The notes under the pieces are model-generated. The model was not told the DNA's origin. It made no database searches and worked only from the letters and a program-made list of their open reading frames with translations. Below are positions 59,297 through 64,000 of a stretch of 64,000 bases of DNA, one piece after another; the first letter of the stretch is position 1; every line of letters starts with the position of its first letter. The position numbers and the translations under genes were made by a program. Source of the stretch: Methanobacteriota archaeon (lineage in GTDB: Archaea > Thermoplasmatota > Thermoplasmata > Thermoplasmatales > GCA-001856825); NCBI GenBank assembly GCA_017857235.1, contig JAFMDN010000002.1, positions 13,541-77,540 of the forward strand, read 5' to 3'.

Positions 59297-61984
59297 TTGA
59301 TGTTTCAGCATTATTTAAAAACGCTAATGCAATCTAAGGGTTATTCAATACTCACCCCTGTCCAATCATTAAGCTTTAACCATATATATGATGGTAAAAA
59401 TGTACTAGTTATTTCACCTACAGGTAGCGGAAAAACAGAAGCTGCTCTCTGGCCAACCATGATACGTTGCAAGGAAGAGAGGATGAATATAGATGGGTTT
59501 AAAATAATATACGTAACACCGCTAAGAGCATTAAACCGAGATATGCTAAAGCGCATCCAGACCTATGCCGAAACTCTAGGATTTAGTGTTGGTGTTAGAC
59601 ATGGGGATTCCAGCGAGAGTGAGAGAAGATACCAAGCTTTACACCCTCCAGATATTTTAATTACCACACCTGAAACTTTGCAGATCATTCTAAGTGGGAA
59701 AGTAATAAATAAGCATCTCAAAGGTCTTCAAACTTTAATAATAGATGAAGTACACGAAATTCTAAACGATGAAAGAGGCTATCAGCTCCTTGTAGCTATT
59801 TCAAGGATTAAAAAATATGCAGAAAAATTCCAGATTATTGGTTTATCAGCAACCATAGGAAATCCTCAGGGAGTGGCTGAAGCACTATTTTATCCATGGA
59901 ACTATCAAATAGTTAATGCTGCTGCCGATAAGGAATACAAGGTTACTGTAGCCATGAACGATAATGTTGATGATAACTTTGCTGATCTTATTGGAGCGGA
60001 AAAAAATTATGCAGGAATCATTAAGAAAATATATGATCTTTATCAAACAGGGAAGCAGTTTATAGTTTTTACTAACACTAGATCTACTGCAGAAGACATC
60101 GTTATGAGGTTAAAATTGATTGATCCTAAAATAGCAATTGAAGTTCATCACGGCTCATTGGGAAAAGAAATAAGAACAAAAGTTGAAGAAGATTTCAGAC
60201 TTCAAAAATTGCGGGGGTTAGTATGCACATCCAGTATGGAACTTGGCATAGATATCGGTTCTATTGATCATGTATTGCAGGTAAACTCACCAAGACAGGC
60301 TATAAGATTGGTACAGAGAGTTGGTAGAGGCAGGCATAAATTGGGCGAAATATCTGAAGGGACTATATTAGCTATAAACGAGGTAGAAGCAGAGGAAGGA
60401 ATTGCCATAGCTAAATTGGTTAAAGATAAAAAGATCGAGCCGGTAAGAATAAGAGAAAAACCACTAATAGTTTTAGCAAATCAAGTAATGAGTATTCTAA
60501 ACGCATCAAAGGAAATTGAATTGAAGGATCTTTTTAACACCATAAAGATTTCTTATATTTTTAGAAATTTAGAATTTAATGAATTTATGGATTTTATAAA
60601 ATTTCTATCCACAATTAGAATGCTATATTTTGATGAAATAACAAATAAAGTGAAAAAAACAAGGAAAACCATGAATTATTTTTTTGAGAATATTTCCATG
60701 ATTCCTGATGAAAAACTCTACTCTGTTAAGGAATCTTCTACGAACAAACTGATCGGATTCTTAGATGAATCTTTTGTAGCAACCGAAGTAGAGATTGGTT
60801 CAACTTTCATACTAAGAGGGGATACTTGGAGGGTCTTAAATATCAAGGATAACAATATATACGTTGATTATGTTCAAGGAATTTCCGTCCCCCCATCATG
60901 GATAGGAGAGGAAATACCAGTTCCATTTGATGTAGCTAAAGAAGTTCAAAATATAAGGAATTTAGGATCCGGAAGAGAGTTTACAGATGAACTAACAATG
61001 GAAAAAATAGAAAAAATCAGAAACAATTTACCAAAATCCAATGAAATATTGATTGAAAAAGAAGGAAACCAGACTGTGATTCATGTATCCTTAGGAACCA
61101 AAGGAAACTATACTCTCTCTGTATTATTATCGGGTTATCTTTCCCAAAAGTACGGTGAATCGTTCTTGGTAAATAATACACCCTACTCCATTTTCCTTCA
61201 AGGAAACTATAGGTATTCCTCAGAGGATGTAAGTTATGTACTCTTAAACCTTGAACATTTAATTGATTCACTGGACGAACATTTAAAGAGAACTAAGTTG
61301 TTCCAGTATAATTTTTTGAACGTCGCTAAAAAGTTCGGCATAATATCCAAAGATAGTGATATGACTAGGATAAAGGTTGATAAAATCATTTCATTCTACG
61401 TTGAAACACCATTATACCGTGAAGCCATTGAGAGATTCAAATGGGAATACCTGGATATGGATGCCATAAAATATCTGTTGGAAAAAATTAATGATAATCA
61501 AATCACCTTTAAATTTAACTCAAGATTAAGTGAAATTTCAAGAATATATTTGGAGAATCTCAAGGAAAAAATGATGCCCATTAGACCCACGGCACCTATT
61601 CTCAACGCCATAAAAAAGAGGTTACTAAATGAGGAATTGGGGTTCTATTGCCTTTCATGCAATAGAAAGTTTTCTAGAAAGGTTAGTGAAATGAATGAGC
61701 TTAGATGCGTTTATTGTACCTCACCAAGGATAGCGCCAATAAAAAAATATGAACTGGAAGAAATCAATGAATTGAATCCTGAAATAAGGAGTAAACTTAT
61801 GAATAATTTTCACCTTCTTAGGATGCACGGTATAAAGGCACTCCTTGTACTTGCTGGACATGGTATAGGTACTGAAACAGCCAACAGAATTCTCAGAATA
61901 CCAATAAGAAATGAAAATGAACTGTTAGAAAAAATATTATCTAGTGAAGTCGAATTTTCAAAAAATAAAAGATTTTGGTCATGA
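59297..61984 (+). CDS. lhr: Lhr-family DEAD/DEAH helicase with C-terminal Cys4 motif
   Basis: SPTGSGKTE, PLRALNRD, TTPETLQ, DEVHE, SATIG, HHGSL, ELGIDIG, QRVGR..H; CLSC...CVYC. Confidence 0.92.
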   Translation: MMFQHYLKTLMQSKGYSILTPVQSLSFNHIYDGKNVLVISPTGSGKTEAALWPTMIRCKEERMNIDGFKIIYVTPLRALNRDMLKRIQTYAETLGFSVGVRHGDSSESERRYQALHPPDILITTPETLQIILSGKVINKHLKGLQTLIIDEVHEILNDERGYQLLVAISRIKKYAEKFQIIGLSATIGNPQGVAEALFYPWNYQIVNAAADKEYKVTVAMNDNVDDNFADLIGAEKNYAGIIKKIYDLYQTGKQFIVFTNTRSTAEDIVMRLKLIDPKIAIEVHHGSLGKEIRTKVEEDFRLQKLRGLVCTSSMELGIDIGSIDHVLQVNSPRQAIRLVQRVGRGRHKLGEISEGTILAINEVEAEEGIAIAKLVKDKKIEPVRIREKPLIVLANQVMSILNASKEIELKDLFNTIKISYIFRNLEFNEFMDFIKFLSTIRMLYFDEITNKVKKTRKTMNYFFENISMIPDEKLYSVKESSTNKLIGFLDESFVATEVEIGSTFILRGDTWRVLNIKDNNIYVDYVQGISVPPSWIGEEIPVPFDVAKEVQNIRNLGSGREFTDELTMEKIEKIRNNLPKSNEILIEKEGNQTVIHVSLGTKGNYTLSVLLSGYLSQKYGESFLVNNTPYSIFLQGNYRYSSEDVSYVLLNLEHLIDSLDEHLKRTKLFQYNFLNVAKKFGIISKDSDMTRIKVDKIISFYVETPLYREAIERFKWEYLDMDAIKYLLEKINDNQITFKFNSRLSEISRIYLENLKEKMMPIRPTAPILNAIKKRLLNEELGFYCLSCNRKFSRKVSEMNELRCVYCTSPRIAPIKKYELEEINELNPEIRSKLMNNFHLLRMHGIKALLVLAGHGIGTETANRILRIPIRNENELLEKILSSEVEFSKNKRFWS

Positions 61985-62857
61985 ACCATTTAGTTCTTTC
62001 TTAAAATCACCCAATTTTCCACTCTTTTCGGCGTAAGCATTGTGTTTGTGTATTGTTTCGTAACTTTCACTCCTTACCTCAATTTCAGTGTAGTCTGGAA
62101 AGTCCTTAAATTTGTTTACTAGATTTTTGACTACATCCCTGACTACATCCTCAACGAACTTTGGATTCTTGTGTGCATTTAATACCAGTAGACCTTCCTC
62201 TTCTCTCTTTAAAAGTTCATAAGTAGGAGCACTCATGCTCATTTCGGCTATATCTATTAATTCATCAACTTCAACGTCTATTCCATTGGGCACTTGCATG
62301 ATTATCGTAACGTCATTTCTCTGATTATGAGATATAAATGGGGGATCATCAGAGGCCCTTCCGACCAGTCTTGAAACTGTAGTCATGGCAGATGGGCATA
62401 CAGAAATTCCTGTTGCTACTACACCAATATATCTTTGCGCTTCCTCACCTGCTCTTTTTTTAGCAATACCCATTATTGTGTATTTTTCAACCGTTTTTCT
62501 TCCCTTTGGATTGGATCTCTCCAAGAAATAATCGGCGGTAAGATGAGCTTCTGCATAAGTGGCATATGGATGCCTTTCTAGAAGTCTGTTGACTATTAAC
62601 TCAGCAACATACTCTATTCCCTTAGATCTTCCCTCTACTTCTCCTTCCACAACATCTTCCAACGCTTCTATGTCTCTACTTAAATCACTTCCCTTTCTTG
62701 AAGGTGGGAGGTCTACAAAAACCCTAAATGTAGGTATTAGAGTTATGGTCTTTTTCCTGCTAACCTCAATTGGCCTAACAACATTAGTTATCCCTACCCT
62801 GTCAAGGTGTGATGTGACAGGTGGACTCTGAGACTGTACATCTTTAAATTTTTCCAT
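61979..62857 (-). CDS. mptA: GTP cyclohydrolase MptA / FolE2
   Basis: DVQ, VGI..V, VDLP...KG, CP, HNQR, LLKR.EE, NPKFVED.VR, ES.E.IH.H.A.A. Confidence 0.92.
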   Translation of the reverse strand: MEKFKDVQSQSPPVTSHLDRVGITNVVRPIEVSRKKTITLIPTFRVFVDLPPSRKGSDLSRDIEALEDVVEGEVEGRSKGIEYVAELIVNRLLERHPYATYAEAHLTADYFLERSNPKGRKTVEKYTIMGIAKKRAGEEAQRYIGVVATGISVCPSAMTTVSRLVGRASDDPPFISHNQRNDVTIIMQVPNGIDVEVDELIDIAEMSMSAPTYELLKREEEGLLVLNAHKNPKFVEDVVRDVVKNLVNKFKDFPDYTEIEVRSESYETIHKHNAYAEKSGKLGDFKKELNGS

Positions 62858-63021
62858 GAGGGTATATCATTTACCATTAAAAAATGTTTTTTAGATTGGC
62901 TGAATAAAAATACTCTTATTTTTCTAATTATAAAATTGATCATTATAATTTGATTTATATCGGCACCACTTTTCAATTTATCTTGGGGGAACTGGGGTAT
63001 TAAGAATTCGAAATTAATTTA

Positions 63022-63816
63022 TCAATATTGATTTAGTTTAACGAACTCTAAAAGTAAATTTAACAGTTGCTGGGAATCCACAGGTGGTCTTTTATTTTCA
63101 TTCCCCTGAAATCCTACGAAGAAACCTTGAGGATGGAAAAACCACCCATTCGTATCAACATTCTTTTCTTTTAGATATTCCCTGAATTTGTATAAATTTG
63201 GTTTATCAATTTTCGCGTTCCTGGTGATCGAAAATGAGTCGTCATGATACTTTATGAGAAAATTTGGATTAAATTCTTGGAATAATAAATCCTTTGGATA
63301 ATCACCTAACACCAGCATAATTCCTTGAGAATTATATTTTATTTGTTTTTCAACCTCATTAAGGATTTCATAGTCCCTCTGAAATTTTAAAAGCAATGCA
63401 TCAAAGATATTAGAAAAAAATTCAAGAATTTCCTCTGGTTTCTTATTTGTATATTCCATGGCCTTTATGGATGTATCTAAAAGATTATCCATACCTGCTC
63501 TTGTTAGAATCTTCCATCCAGCGTTATCTTGCCAGCAAACAGCCTCCGCAAACCGTCTCTCAGGATAACCAAGTTTGAAATAATCAACTACTTTCATGGC
63601 TGAACAGGTAGCTTCAGATGTGTCGTGATGATCAAATCTGTATACCCTTGCCTTTCCATGAGGTGTATCAACAAGAAAATCTGCCTCGGTATTTTCTATT
63701 TCTTGATGTGATAAAAACTTCACTTCTCTTATTTGATCCTTAAGTACTCTCTTTATCATATAGACGGAAGCCAGCGAATCCAAATCAATAGGACTAGCAA
63801 CTACTGAATAGCTCAT
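63022..63816 (-). CDS. divergent DHH/MYG1-like phosphoesterase
   Basis: [29 protein letters not shown] motifs. Confidence 0.55.
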   Translation of the reverse strand: MSYSVVASPIDLDSLASVYMIKRVLKDQIREVKFLSHQEIENTEADFLVDTPHGKARVYRFDHHDTSEATCSAMKVVDYFKLGYPERRFAEAVCWQDNAGWKILTRAGMDNLLDTSIKAMEYTNKKPEEILEFFSNIFDALLLKFQRDYEILNEVEKQIKYNSQGIMLVLGDYPKDLLFQEFNPNFLIKYHDDSFSITRNAKIDKPNLYKFREYLKEKNVDTNGWFFHPQGFFVGFQGNENKRPPVDSQQLLNLLLEFVKLNQY

Positions 63817-64000
63817 AATTTAAGCTTTGATGGATCTATTTTCGACCAATCGTCAAGGAATCTCTTTAATCCCTCATCAGTTTTAGGATGAGATATTAAT
63901 TTTTTGAAAACTTCGAATGGCATTGTTGCTATGTCAGCACCAATTAATGCTGCCTGTCTAACATGCACTGGGTGCCTTATTGAAGCTACAATTATTTCTG
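63813..64000 (-). CDS. fsa: transaldolase / fructose-6-phosphate aldolase (5' part outside window)
   Basis: Hand translation [51 protein letters not shown]...; stop overlaps the next ATG (ATGA). Confidence 0.9.
   Translation of the reverse strand, partial: EIIVASIRHPVHVRQAALIGADIATMPFEVFKKLISHPKTDEGLKRFLDDWSKIDPSKLKL

Noticed and set aside
62958-62980. Resemblance of minus-strand ttgaaaagtggtgccga to the SpCas9 tracrRNA 3' hairpin
   Set aside because: Short imperfect match; no cas genes, repeats or anti-repeat in the window.
1-64000. Numerous 60-170 aa ORFs antisense to identified genes; CRISPR arrays, IS elements, tRNA/rRNA
   Set aside because: The antisense ORFs are fully nested in well-supported genes and lack motifs. 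I saw no regularly spaced repeats, transposases or GC-rich structured RNA genes, although small RNAs could be missed by eye.

Overview
AT-rich, very densely coded archaeal chromosomal segment. Gene content and style suggest a Thermoplasmata-like (thermo)acidophile; this is inference, not a database result. It is mostly housekeeping: purB; DtxR + NRAMP; ahcY; egsA-UPF0179-ychF; a 12-gene psmA-SBDS-exosome-L37ae-RpoP-Pus10-L21e-RpoF-DUF655-KsgA superoperon; dph5; thiL; valS; ribB-ribC-ribH; Hef; otsB-UDG; malic enzyme; ribL; PPS; GAN/RecJ-S15; Lrp with AsnRS-like asparagine synthetase; a peptide ABC operon; Lhr; MptA; and transaldolase. I saw no rRNA, tRNA, CRISPR array or transposase. The most interesting items are: (1) a membrane-anchored glycoprotein with three tandem Trp-rich NTF2-like repeats, linked to a wHTH regulator, a 3-TM protein and a perfect 16-bp palindrome; (2) a convergent helical-protein/SPFH-Zn-ribbon/YdjG-like operon resembling pspA-ydjGHI without a recognisable PspA; (3) an unlisted 22-aa RRRP-poly-Asp micropeptide with a strong Shine-Dalgarno that overlaps the start of an acetyltransferase; (4) a ValRS whose KMSKS loop reads PMHAS; (5) peptide ABC ATPases with large charged insertions; (6) a divergent MYG1/DHH-like protein.
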